Shown here piece after piece: positions 13,769-26,951 of a DNA stretch of 64,000 bases. The DNA is taken from assembly GCA_010093705.1 (NCBI GenBank), contig MU006102.1, positions 252,123 through 316,122 of the forward strand. The letters run 5' to 3'. The DNA comes from Patellaria atrata CBS 101060. Its lineage: Eukaryota. A program made the position numbers and the translations under genes. The notes beneath the pieces were generated by a model that was not told the DNA's origin, did not search any database, and worked only from the letters and a program-made list of their open reading frames with translations. Every line of letters starts with the position of its first letter. Position 1 is the stretch's first letter.

Positions 13769-14550
13769 ATGGCTACAGGGTAACCATAGACTCTAACATA
13801 TTGTCCTGTCATTAGAGCATTCAGCTGATCATCTCCAGGCTCTTCTTCATCTCCGAGTCCTCCTCCGCCGCTTCAACCATCAATTCCCGGCTCCTCCACA
13901 GCTACCCTGATGCCTCTCCCCATACCTCCCGTTGGGTGCTCAATCATGCCCTCTTCCGCTCCACCCCCTCTAATCCCCCCGATAATAGCCCCTTCCAACA
14001 TCAACACGTCCTCAACCTGGGTCACTATCCGGGCAAAACTTTCATCGCGATTACCTCTCCCGTTTCCAAATCTGGGACCGATATCCAAGACGGAGCGACA
14101 GTAATCTCGGTCCCCTTCGCGCAAACAGAACAGTATCTGAGGCTGATGTTTGGAAAATTTGGGGCGTTATGGGTGCAGCGCGCACAGCTCGGCGTTCAGA
14201 ATGGTTGGGCGTACGATGTCGGGGATTGGACGGTTAGGGTCGGAGAGTTGAAGCAGGCGGGGCAACCAGGGACACTTAGGGGTACTGTGGTTTTTATCCA
14301 ACATGCGGGTTCATCACAAACCGGGAATGAGGAGAATGGACAAGATGAGAAGATAGTTGATCAGATGAGTAAGGAGGAGCTAGAAGAATATATGAGCGAG
14401 ATGCAAGCGACTATTAGGGAGATGTGGAGTGGTTTTGGTGAGGAGGGTGCAAGAGAGTTCTTTAGTGTCCCTGATCCAGCGGGCGGGAAGAACGAGACTT
14501 TTGAAGAGGTAAAGGTGTGGTGTGAGATGTTGAGGTCGGTTAGAGGCTGA
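13769..14550 (+). CDS. MED20: Mediator head subunit Med20 (Srb2)-like, 2 exons
   Basis: Spliced MATG|LFFI start, W.LNH.LFR and V.NG.AYDVGDWTVRVGEL segments resemble the fungal Med20 family as recalled. Confidence 0.72.
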
Positions 14551-16322
14551 GATCGTGTTGCATTTCCTAGATAATAATCGCAATTCGCCCTAAGACCTAC
14601 GTAAGCTCTGTCGTTAGATAGGAGGTAAGGTTGAGTCGAACTCGACTATCCCGAACTCCGGACAGATCTGTACAGGTGCTGACTGGTGCTCTGATGGGGA
14701 AGGGGAGCTAAATGCTTGTAAATGGGTTCGTATAGCTATTCGCTGTACGCTCCTTTCGAGTCATCCCAACGGGACCAAATCCCCTTCGCATGCGCTGGAT
14801 ATCAATATTCATCTAATCACGTTCAAATCCCAAACCCACTCTTGATTAGACCAACATATGAACTAGTTAACAATAAACAGAAAATACGAACTTTGGACTG
14901 GCATTTTCTTTTTAGAAGTGTACTAACGATACTCTTTATTTAAGCCTCAATTAGACACTTCAACACTCCAGTTACTCCGTACATCCCACCGGCGCACCCC
15001 GAGCACTTTTTGTACTTGTACCCTCAGCGTACACGCACCCGCTACCGTCAACTCATCAATTCTCGTACTTCTCTAGCGCACACACAGTTCACGCACTTGT
15101 ACAGCCGTATCTGGACCGTACAGTCGCCTTCTAACAGCTACCAAGGTCAACACCTCTTCTTACATGTATCCACTGTACGCCTTCAGCACAAATTCAGCCT
15201 ATAAGTACAGCACATGTATCAGTACGCACTTGTATCCTAAGCAACTCGTGAAGGTCCCCAGTTCCCAGTGTTCGATAGCAATTCCCCTTAGATCTACTCC
15301 ATCATCAAAATACGATTTATAGCGCGGGTGACAAAATGTACTGCGTACGGTCCATTTAGCGGAATTGTTCAAGAAGCACATAAACTCTATATCCAAACCC
15401 TAACAACAACAACATGGATAACCTCGATGTCATTAACATCCCTACCGACGGGGACATCGGACTCCTCAATGTACAAATGAGATTTAGTGGAGTTCTGCTA
15501 GAGGTTTCCTCCAGCAAGTTTCGCTCAAATGTATTCCTGTTTCGGGTCCGCCGTACACAATGCTCCTATCCGCAACTCGATCATATCGGGGTATCATCTC
15601 TCGATAGTAAGTTAGGTCGATACTAACGAGTCCGGATAGGAAGTATTATCCTCCTTTTCCTAGTTTTCATTGGGTTTCAGGTCGTCAATCTTAAAATTTA
15701 GTTTTTTGTCGTTAAATTATTACTCCGTTTGCTATTATCGACGTTCTTTGTTCACCATACAACTGCTGTACAAGCAATTGTAAATTGTCCAAAGAGATTT
15801 GGTACAGTATCGTCCTGGGAAAATATTATTCAGTAGAGCAAGCAGAGTACAGATATACTGACAGTGCAAAATTTCCTGACAAAGAGGAAGTTGGTTAGTA
15901 TAACAGGAATTATCTCAGGACTTCAACTTCGCACTCCACTACCCCCCACCTCTATATTATCAGCATAAAACCCAACGCTGTACATTCCTCGTCAAAGCAT
16001 ATCAACAATGTCCTTGTTCTATTCTATCTCCCTAGTACGCAATATAGTCAAAATTCCAGCATTGTTTGTACCCTCCGAGACGCCAGCACAAAGCAATCCA
16101 TCACAACCCACCCAAATACAACTCCAGTACAACATTCCACACAATTCACCTCGCACTCCATTGTTCCCTCCACCCCCATCCATCATACATCATATAAACC
16201 CCCCAACCCAACCCACTGTCTCCATCATCAACATAACCAAACACAACACCAAAAATCACCCCCCAAGACCAACCAACCAAACCTATCAAAAGACCCTACA
16301 CCATAACCACCCAACACCCAAA

Positions 16323-16544
16323 ATGCCCTCCCATACCACACCCACAACCCGCACCTCCCCCCTCTCCAACTCCCTCTCCAACTCCCTCCTCGACCCCGAA
16401 GAAATACCCACAAAACAATGCACCCCCTGCAACATGCGGCTTCCCGCGCACGCGCTCGCATGCCATGACTGCGGCACTAAGCAGGATATCTGGGCTTCGG
16501 GTGGTGCTTTTGTCGGGGGTTTGAAGGGGGTGTGGGGGGTTTAG
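16323..16544 (+). CDS. Putative 73-aa zinc-ribbon microprotein
   Basis: ATG in good context (AAAATG). KQCTPC-x10-CHDCG forms a CxxC-x10-CxxC pattern. Confidence 0.4.
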   Translation: MPSHTTPTTRTSPLSNSLSNSLLDPEEIPTKQCTPCNMRLPAHALACHDCGTKQDIWASGGAFVGGLKGVWGV

Positions 16545-17894
16545 GGTTGGGTGAGTAGGAGGGAGTGTGGAGATTTTCTACTTTGGTGAGTTGGGGATGA
16601 GATGTGTGTCTTAGTTCTAGTAGGGGTGTGTAAAATAATAGTAATGCTTCTGAGAGAATGTCTACTAAGCCTGTGTTCCGTGACACTTGCTGATGGATAT
16701 ACCTACTATGTCCTCGACTTTTCTCACCTTTTCAAAAAAAAAAAAAAAGCGAGTTAAATGAATACTCCCAATACCTCCACTATTATCGCCTATAGATATT
16801 ATAATTACCACCACATCCAACCCAAATATATCCCGAACCCCATCTATCCATCTTTAACATCCTCCTCATCATACTTCTTTCTTAACAATCCCTACCACCC
16901 TCCCAACCCACCTTAATTCTGCCGTAACCCGTAGTATAAGCGAATCCCGCAGTTACAGTACCATATCCCCTTTCCATCCTCTTCCCCTTCTAATGCCCAC
17001 ATATATTCCTCTTCGGCTTATTCTGATACTCAACTTCAACTGCGACCATATGGCAATTTTGCTTTGACTGAATAAACTTAACCTAACCTAACCAAAAGCT
17101 AAGTATCAACCCACATTCAAGACATTCACGCCAACGTGTTCATTCTATGCCACGCTGTTGACCTTAGAAATCTAAAGGAAAGGAAGGGAGAGAAGAAGAT
17201 TATTCCGTTGGTTTGAACATATGGTGTGGTGTGGTATGAGTGTTGAACGGGGGATGAGGAATGAGGGTGGTGGATTAACCGTGGGTATGCGGGTATGTGG
17301 TTTGTGGTGCTGGGATGGGATTCGCATATATCTCGATCACACTCACACTTACACTCATACTTACCCGGTTGCGTATTGTGAGTATAAGGGTGATACAAGG
17401 GGGCATTTTGGCATGAAGTCGATGAGGCGAGGAAGAGATGTACCCGCCTCACTCGGCAACTATTTGAGTAGGATCGTAGTGAAGATAGAAAGATCCGTCC
17501 TCGAATAATGAAGTTTCTACTTCAGCCGCGCAAGTTTCACGGGTTATGTATGAAGCTTTGTTGGATGCAGCCTACTAAACAAACCTCGCATTCCCCAACA
17601 ACCCGGCAACAGATGCTAGAGTTTACATCACGCACTTCAAGACCCCAAGGAGAAAATGCCATTGGGAGAGATTTACACTTGTACTATCTAGGACCCCTCA
17701 CGAGGAAAAGACGGAACAGCCATAGCGCCGGCAAAAGGACATCCAAATCCGAATCCTTGTATGCGGTTTGACCGAAAGACGGAGATTGAGAAATGGAAGT
17801 CATGATACTAAAATACAATTTAGGAAGCCAGGGTTGGCAGATGAACTCTACGCTGACCTTATCATAGGTTAGGTAAGGTAAAGTAGATAGGGGC

Positions 17895-20227
17895 TCAAAC
17901 CACCCCCGCCGGCGCAAACGGGAAGAAACTCTGCACAATAGGCCAAGCCCACTGCGCCATCGGATCAATCTGGCGTATATCCCTAACCCAATCCACCAGC
18001 AAAAAGATAGTCTGCTCAAAGGCCTTAGGGTCAACATACTGTTCCGCGATATCGCGCAGCTCGTCGTTAATCTGGACGAACTTGAGGATAAACAGGATGG
18101 ATATGAAATGCTGTGTCCAAGAAAACAAGTACGGGATGAGGCGTTTCTTGTCGCGACAGGGAGACATGGCGATGGGCCAGAGCAGTGCATGTTGCAAGCA
18201 GACACCAGCGAAGCGGCGCTCTTCTTGCGTGATGAAGGCCGGGTAGTGCAGGACTTTGAAGACGAAGGGGCGGTAAATCATGAAGCGGGCTTGTTTGTAG
18301 CGGGAGCGGAGCTGTGCGATGCCGAGGTCGGCGCTGAGGTGGAAGATCTCGACGTCGGCGGTTCTTTTGATTTCGAATGCGGCGTTCCCGTCTTTGTGCG
18401 TGAAGGCGAGAGGGTTGTCGTCGGACCATTGGATGTTTTCGGGGAGGACGTGCCGCCATTCTAGGAGTTGGCGGTCTAACTCTAGCACGAGGCTTGAGGA
18501 GGGTGGGTTGTAGTTGTCAGCATTCTCCGACTGCGAGAATTTGGCTGAGACTGATATTAGTTTGTTATATCCGAGAAGGGATACACGCTCACCTTGATGG
18601 AGGTTGTTTTCAATGTCTGCTATCGATCCGCGCAGTGTGATCTGTGCTGTCATTTGGGTTTCGATGTGATAATAATCGCTATCCCAAACTGTGAATCGTT
18701 CGATATCGGACGGGAATTTGTTCACGCTCTCGTGCTCACGTATACCCGTTTTGGGAAGATCCAGGTCGAAGTGGTACCAGCTGAGATGATCAATTAAATG
18801 TGTCTAGGTAAGTTAGGTCTTGCAGTGTTACCTTTCAAACAGATTACATGTCCAGTATAGTCGATCGAGCGTGTACCCTTTCCGAGAGTATTTATCGGCC
18901 GACTCACTGTATAAACATGGTTAGATGCCAGTTGATGAATCGGGAGAGCTATCTTTCATACCATTTCATACATGCTTGAACTGCCATCGAAGCACCTACA
19001 GCCATGCGCCAAAATGCCTAGCTTGAGGTCAGTGGTGCAACCCCGGGAAGGGGTAGGCTTGATATACCAGATGTCTGCCACAAGACTTATAGTACAAGCT
19101 GAATCATGTTAGTAAACTGTTGAAGATGGAAGGTTGCAAAAGAGATGAATAGAGACATACGCGAACAACAGAAGGGCGCGTACGCCTTCTAGATCTAATT
19201 GTGTTAGTATGAAACCGATTCGTCGACATGCTGCATCCAACAGGAAAAGACCCGGAGGTTCGTCCGCAGATCCACCACGTAAGCCAGATTCTGCGCTGTC
19301 TCCGTTCGAGATGGGCGCTCCAAAAGTTCCCTCATGCGCTATCTCACCAAGAGCACAGACAAGTAAGCAAATGACTGCATCTGAGTCTCCTTCTATGAAA
19401 CCTGTCTCTAGAACCTTTGGGACGGAGACATTACAGAAGATGTCCATGTCTAGAATTGGATATAAAGCATTGAACGTGTTTCCGAAAATTGAGGCATATT
19501 GTTCGATACGATTTCGGGTTAAGAGAGGCAAAAGATCCGAGTCATGACTACCGCGTGCACAATCCGTAGGCAGACTCTTTGGGTATCTTTCTAACTCTGC
19601 TTTCAAAAAGAAGTGTGTGCCATTGCAACGAAGGGTTTCTAGATCCTCTTTGATACCAGGAATCTTTGTGAGTTCATTTTGGACCTCTGGCCATAGTAGG
19701 ACTTTATGTGGGGCAGTTACGGGTTTGACCAGGGGAACGAGCTCAGGCACGATGGGCGATGAAACAGGTATCGAATGTGGATCTATTGAGGAGTTGAACG
19801 GGCTTTCTTCTGCTTCCGAGGTCTTCGCATAGGTGGTTGGCGTTTGCGCCTGGCTGGTGAATATACGGTTCGATAGGTTCACCAACTGGCCAAGGCCGTC
19901 CAACTTCGAAATGACCAGGTCGAGCTTTTGATCATGGGACTTTTGGCCGTCTAAGATTTCTTGGATAGATTTATCCTTCTTCGTAGGTTGGGGCTCTCGA
20001 TAAACGCATTCGGCATTTATTCGCACGCAGAGAGCGCACTTGGGACGTTTCTCATCGCATCTCGTCTTCCTCATGCGGCAAGTTTGACAAGCTTGAGCCG
20101 CAATGGCTCCTCTTTGGGCTCGCTGAGATATATCGGGTGGAGTGGATGCCTCGCCATCTACAACATCTCCACCGTCTACGCCATCCACGCCGGGTTTTGA
20201 AACGGAGGTTGACGACGGGGTAACCAT
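17895..20227 (-). CDS. Zn(II)2Cys6 fungal transcription factor, about 5 exons
   Basis: ACQTCRMRKTRCDEKRPKCALCVRINAECVY binuclear cluster, YPILD middle-homology region and YRPF. Short GT-AG introns at 18.8-19.2 kb join the two long ORFs. Confidence 0.93.
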
Positions 20228-22873
20228 GTCTACTATCTGCGCTTTCGTGATAACTAAGGGTAGAATGCGTTGAAGCAAGTGAAATCTGACTTGAAATGAG
20301 AGTAGAAGAGGCTTCAGGCAAGGTTAAAGTTGGATAGACTTGAGGTGGAACTAAGATGTGATTGAAAGAGTAATTTGTTGATGTTGTGGTTTGTTATATA
20401 GGCAAAAATTGGCGACAAGTAGAGTTGATAAATAAACAGGAGTGAGGTCCAAGTGCGATATAGTGTTCCCTACGTAAAAAGAGTTGACGAAAACATGTGA
20501 TATCTCCTTCGGGCTTCCCCCCGAAGTAGCTCCGGCCTGCGTAATTGCTTGAGCTTAGTCAAGTAAAAAAGATATCTGAAGTCCTCGAATCCATTGAATA
20601 CTGAGTAAAGAGGCAAGAAGGGATCTTCAAATTAGTCTTGTAAACTGCCACAACTTTTGTGGTCCGCACCTCAGCGCAGTAATTCGCTGTATGCGGGCTC
20701 TTATAATTTGTATGTGGGCGACACGAGATGAAAAGTTGGAGGAACAGGTAGGGTGAAAATCAATAGAGCGAGGGTAAAAGTACCTTTATATTGACCAGGT
20801 ACAAATACAATACATTGAAATATCAAAAATGTAGGTGGACAGGAAGATAAGTCGTGGCGAATTGGGCGATGTATGAATTTCGGAGATGGTGTCGGTAAAA
20901 TTCTATCCCTCAACACGACCTAGAAAAGACGAAATAGGCGAAAATAAGACCATGAAGGTACTGGCCTGTGTTTTCAACCTCGTCAATCGAATTTTCCATA
21001 GTTCCTTTCTCAAACTCGTGATAACAAGTTCGAATACAGAGTTGGACGAATCTGCCAGGTTAATCATCGTTTTCACCGATTAGACACTGCTGCCTTGGAA
21101 TTATGCTCGACATTCTCTAAGACTGGAGTGTCGAGGGTGCTCTTGGAGAGGGAAGGTCACTGAAGGCACAATGAATAATGGACTGAGATTAGAAGGAATC
21201 CAGAGTGTAAAAGAGGATATAATGTCTGAAAGCAAAGCAATACTTTGTAGATATACGAACTGGAACGTAAACTTTTCACTAGTAAATGTTAGAGGTGAGT
21301 TGGGGGGTCGTAATAAGCCTGATCTTGTTGAATTCATGCCAGTCAAGTTGTGGATTGCGACGAGAGAATCACAGTTGAGGTCGAATTAACTTATTTTCGG
21401 GATGCCGATATGCTCGGCTTTTTTCGTCCGAGATAGAACCAGAACCAGAACCAGAAATAGAAATCGGATACCTTTACGAAATGAGGTAGCTGTGGTATTT
21501 TCCCGACCCGAATTCGGCAATGGTTCCACCGGTCGTGTTGACATATCGGATAGAAGTACAGTACCTTAGTATGCACTCCTTACAGTACCTTATAAGTGCT
21601 CGCTCCTCAACCCTCAACTCTCACCTCATGCTTCTACGGTGAACAAGTACAGGAGAGCTTCGACAGTTGATGAATGATGATAGGTTGGCATGTGAGATGC
21701 AACCTGTCACATAAGCCGCCGAAAACCCCCTGTACATCTTGAGCTTCTTGTGCAAATAGCACTCTCCTTTACGCGCCCGCGCCTTTCAAAAGTCGTGTCC
21801 GCGCTCTGGGCGGCTCTGAAATAGTATTCTCTGTGCCGCGTAGACGATCATCTTGTTCTTCCTTTAAAGAGTACTTAATTGTTAGTGTACGGAGAGTTCA
21901 AGCAAGAGTAGAGTTATTATTCATCCTTTACCTGAGGCTTCCGTACAGTAATCCAGAATGGTGCTACCTAAGATGTCATTCATAGACGCGCTTAGCATGG
22001 TACAAACTATCTATGTTAGATGACAAGAAGGAATATAGAAAGGAAAAAGCCAATGGAAATAAAGAGCCATAATTCCTTATGCAGCACGGTAGGTCTAGCT
22101 GGGTCGGTGGATGGGCCCGACCTATCCGTTTGGCGGAATCGCGGGGGGCTAGCCCTTGGCCTTTTGGGCCTTTTGGGGGTATCGGACGCCTTTTTTGGGG
22201 GATATCAGAAGCCAGTCATCACCCACCGCCATCGCCCACTACTCCGTCGTGACTTGATATTTCATCAATACCTTCCACCAAAATCATATTACGATAGAAA
22301 GACCTTAGGTTGATGAGACAGTTTCATTCAACCGACGCGCTTAATAATATCAAACTGTTTACCAAATCATTGAAAATTATGGACAGGATACTGAATTTGG
22401 GGCAATTGCTCTCATCAACAAGTGCTCCCAGTGCTTCAAGTGCTCATGGTCACCTCAATCTCGCTTAAACCCAAAGCTCCAGCCTCAGTCCCATCTCTTC
22501 TCCATCCCCCGACTACCTCGCCCATCTTCCAACACCTCAAGCTACAACAACCCTTCACCTTCAGCTCCAGCATCTCTTGCTATCGCTGCATCTTACCTCC
22601 CCCGCATATCCACCGTCCTGAGACTCTCTAGGCAATTGCCTGTTATTCTTCGCGACCGTGGATACTTCTCCTGCACAACGTTCGCGACGCCTCTCCTCAT
22701 CTCTTCCCCCCCCGTTGCGCGAACTCCCGCTTTAGGAAGGCTGGTCACTTCGTCGGTCGGCACGAATTCCACGCGATAAAGCAAGGAGTCTAACCATCAC
22801 CACGTTTTGTCTATACCTTATAATAAAGCAGTAGTAATCGACAACTTCATCCTAAACTCTCCCATCGCCCCAC

Positions 22874-24945
22874 ATGAGCAACGAGATCGTGCAATCTTCT
22901 GCCGATCGTGCTGGTCGCTCTCCTGCGCCCGGCAAAGGAGTAGCAACTGACGATTTATCGTTTGCGACGCACAGCAACGGGCCATGTGAGTATAGATTCA
23001 TCTCACTTCTTACTCTAATTACCCATATATAAAAGTATGTTGAAACGCATTCTGACTCGATGACCCTTTCAATCAGCTTCCACAAGACGTAACAATTCAA
23101 ACGGGACTCGTCCCCCGCATCTTCCGCCACCGCGAACATCATCGCGAGGAACCCCATCAACTGAAGACTTGAGAAGGGAAAGGCGGGCAGGGTCTGCATC
23201 GGAACAGGGTACTGGCAGTGCTGTCGACGTCGATAATAGACCTAGACGGAAACGATCCAATCTTGACGTACCACAAGCGTCTGGCTACGGGAACGAGGAG
23301 ACAAGCACAGGCTTGAGTGGGGCTACTGTCGGCGATTCCGCAGAAAGCATAGGGAAGGGATCAAAACGAAGCTTGACCGGACGAAGGCGAGCGGGCAGTA
23401 CTGCTAGCAGCAAGAAATCAAATACTGTGAAGCCCGCTGCAGCTTCAGGGCAGACTGGGGCGGTAGCCCCTGCCACTGCATCCACAGATGCTCAAGAAGC
23501 TAAACCGAAGAAAAAGAGCCGCAGTTTTCTATCCTTCCTGTGCTGTGGCGCCGGCGATTCAGGTGTAGGTGACGAAGAGTCAAGCGAGGCTGTTAAGAGG
23601 ACCGAAAAGATACGACCCACACGCGAAACCCAACCTTCACCAGTAAGGAAGCATGATGTTAGTACGAGAGAAACTACTACAGCAGATTCAAAGGAACCCA
23701 TCGACGAAAAAGCTGGCGAAACTGTATATGCTGACCGTACACGCTCAACAACTGAGAGGAAGGAACCAGAAAAAGCAGCCTCCGGCGACGCTACAATGGA
23801 CAGACCAACAGACGTTCCCCCCCACAGACAACCTTCTACAAGGAAAGAAGCTCCTCTTCCGCCAGTCCCCATCCAATCCGAATATCCAGTTTCCTCTCAT
23901 ACTAACCATCAGCTCGCGCCTCCTCCCCAAGTGGCGATAGAGCCACCAACCCCGGTGACTATTCAAGATGAGGACCAACTCATTGCCGATCGGACTCCCG
24001 AGCAGCAACACAAGGACGAGGATATTGAAATGAATGATGCAGAACCTAAAATTCCCATTTCAACAGATAACATCCAACATGAAACTGCTGAAGGTCAGGC
24101 TCAAAGAGATCCCGCGCCTGGTCAAATCGCTCTACCTCCTCCACCACCACTTGCAGAGCGCGAGAAGCAAGTGCAAAATAGATCGAGTGCAACTACACCC
24201 CAGAGTCAAGAATCGCTTGCCGTTGCCCCAGCGGAGCAGCAGAAATGGCTTTTACCTCCTATTCGACCTGAATTTAAAGGCAAGAAATGTTTGGTTTTGG
24301 ATTTGGATGAGACGCTAGTTCACAGTAGCTTCAAGGTAAGGTTCAAATCGAGTTACACCAAAACGTATGTTCCTAACCATGTATAGATGCTCCACCAAGC
24401 CGATTTTACTATCCCTGTGGAGATCGAGGGACAGTATCACAATGTTTATGTGATCAAGCGCCCTGGCGTTGATGCCTTCATGAAACGCGTTGGTGAATTG
24501 TATGAGGTCGTTGTTTTCACGGCTTCCGTATCCAAGGTAAATATATTCCTTTCTGTTTCATTGTCGTTGCTAACTTGAATCCGTAGTATGGTGATCCATT
24601 GTTAGATCAACTTGATATCCACAAAGTGGTCCATCACCGATTATTCCGTGAAAGCTGCTATAACCATCAGGGGAATTATGTGAAAGTATGTGCTACGTAT
24701 TGTTTTTATTAAGGAGTTACTAAGTTTGATAGGATCTTTCGCAAGTTGGTCGCGATCTCCGGGATACGATCATTATTGATAATTCGCCCACGTCTTACAT
24801 ATTCCATCCACAACATGCTGTCCCTATCAGTAGCTGGTTTTCAGACGCTCATGACAATGAGCTACTCGATCTCATTCCAGTACTAGAAGATCTTGCAGGA
24901 TCGCAAGTGAGCGATGTCAGCTTGGTACTCGATGTTGCCCTTTAG
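22874..24945 (+). CDS. PSR1: NIF/SCP-like HAD phosphatase PSR1, multi-exon
   Basis: [43 protein letters not shown] and IIDNSP motifs. Stop TAG at 24943-24945. Confidence 0.92.
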
Positions 24946-25807
24946 CCGAAAACTGCACGCCATGGACGAGACTTTACACCCTTAGACATTCTGAGTATGG
25001 TCTAAGGGCCTTGATTGTACTATTTAATATTCCTTTCGCTCAAGGAGGTTATAATAACTGTTCCTGGGGAACAGTCATATCCTTTTATGAAAAGTTACTC
25101 GTCCGTCGACAGATAGACATCAGATGGCTACTCTCTTAGGGCGGGCGTTCGAAGATGTAATATTTCAGTGTCATTATTGGGTACAAAGCAGTTGAAATTA
25201 GGGGACGAAAAGCAGCGCCGTCAACATGCTCTTTCAGCAGCGTTCTGGTTTTCCGAAAAGGGCATCGCATGAAGTATGTTGGTTAGCATCGCTGGGATCT
25301 CTTTTTCTATTGTTTCCAATATCTACTCAATGGCCACTCTATGAGGCTTCATCTCTTTCCTTTGTTGGGCACGTTCGCTCTGGTTTTTGCTTTCGATACC
25401 AACGGATTGTGAAAAAGTCCGGTGTTTGCACAAAGACATTATTCTTATTGCATGTTCCTAGTGGAAAGGGGGTTTGGCTTTATTTAGATATTGCCAGGGG
25501 TGTTTACCCATATAATATATATTTGACTGAATTGGCTATCTTTGCAGATGAGAACCGCGTGTATTATACCTTTTGACTTGGAATTATTGCGCCTGTTGTA
25601 TAATACGGTACCTCCATAGAGTCAGCACTATGGGTGTATGGCATACTTGTGGCCTCTCAGTGTACCAAGTGTAGTACAGTACAGTGTAGCCTAGTAATTA
25701 GCCAAGGCAGGCCCCGAGTTTAGAATCAAAAACCGAGTATTAGCCGGCGATTCTACTATTGACGAAGGACAACAAGTTAAGGACCTATCTACGTGATGGT
25801 AGGAATA

Positions 25808-26302
25808 TGTTACGGCCACAAAGTGATAGGGATGCATCACTGGTGGGGGTAGCACCAGGCGACGGATCGGAACAACTAGGACGGAAGTTGAGGTCACGTG
25901 ACATGGCCAGTGTCCAGTGTTGGTCCAGTGTCCAGAGGTGGACAGAGGTGTTGGCCACTGACCACAGCTGGCCAGGGAAAATAAGACTGTGAAGAAGGAA
26001 TACTTAAGGACGCTCCTTTACGCATGTATTTAGATTCTTCGTAGTTATTCTTACCATCAATCTTACGCATAGATTTGGATGTTACGGTTTTAAACTTGGC
26101 TTCACTTGTTACGCTGTTTCCATACAGTACGTCTTGTCTCATTGAGAGCATTACCTGAAGTCAAGGAGTCAGCAAGTTGTGTCGACAACTTGAAGTGCCT
26201 TTGTTATACGAATCCTATCACTTGCCAAACCTACCCTAGTGGTTGACCACGTTAAGTGAGAAGCCAGGCGCGTTTCTAGACTTATCCTGTCCTGTCTCGA
26301 TG
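25808..26302 (+). mobile_element. Solo-LTR-like unit, copy 1 (inverted relative to copies 2-4, 3' end truncated)
   Basis: Starts TGTTACGGCCACA and is colinear with the reverse complement of copies 2-4 (e.g. gaatacttaaggacgctcctttacgcatgtatttagattcttc). Homology stops about 20 bp before the expected GTAACA end. Confidence 0.85.
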
Positions 26303-26426
26303 ACCGACGTTAATCCATCGTGCCACTAACCACTGTTACGATCGTTGAGATCCAGATCGTGACACAAACAGGGCTTGGCAAGATAGCGTTGGAGTTGAAC
26401 GAGAATTTGACTATGGAGAATGTGTT

Positions 26427-26950
26427 TGTTACAACGGGAGTCTATACTTATCGAGACAGAACAAGACAAGTCTAGAAACGCGCCAGGATTTTCACTAACG
26501 TGATCTTCCTCCACGACGAGGTAGGTTTCGTTAGTGATAGGAGAGCGTCGACGTCTAGGCACTTCGAGTTAACGAAATAACTCGCTGACTCCTTAACTCA
26601 CTTTGTCTTCTCTATGGTTTGGTAATGTAGAGACAAGGTTCACTGCACTAACACAATGAGACAAAGGCCAGTTAAGTCAAAACCGTAACATCCAATATAG
26701 TTGGTAGGACTAAATGGTAAGAAGAATTACGAAGAATCTAAATACATGCGTAAAGGAGTGTCCTTAAGTATTCCTTCTCCGAGTCCTATTTTATATGTTT
26801 GGACGTGTTGGACGGAGAACCCCTTCTGCGTCCACTGCGTCAAGATCACGTGACCCCTGTGTCACTGTTCTTTCCCGTAGTTGTACCGTGTGGCCCTTCT
26901 CCGTCCCCCACTTGTCAACTACATGCTTTTCACAACTTGTGGCCGTAACA
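26427..26950 (-). mobile_element. Solo-LTR-like unit, copy 2 (complete, 524 bp, 5-bp TSD GTGTT)
   Basis: Termini TGTTAC...GTAACA. GTGTT flanks both sides (26422-26426 and 26951-26955). Confidence 0.92.
26430..26740 (-). ncRNA. Candidate conserved structured RNA in the R/U5-like part of the repeat (also in copies 1, 3 and 4)
   Basis: Compensatory substitutions in several helices across the four copies (see findings). Transcription is not shown. Confidence 0.5.
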
Positions 26951-26951
26951 G

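Noticed and set aside
24979..25008. Hairpin cccttagac...gtctaaggg in the PSR1 3' UTR
   Set aside because: A single 9-bp stem is expected by chance in 64 kb, and there is no comparative support.
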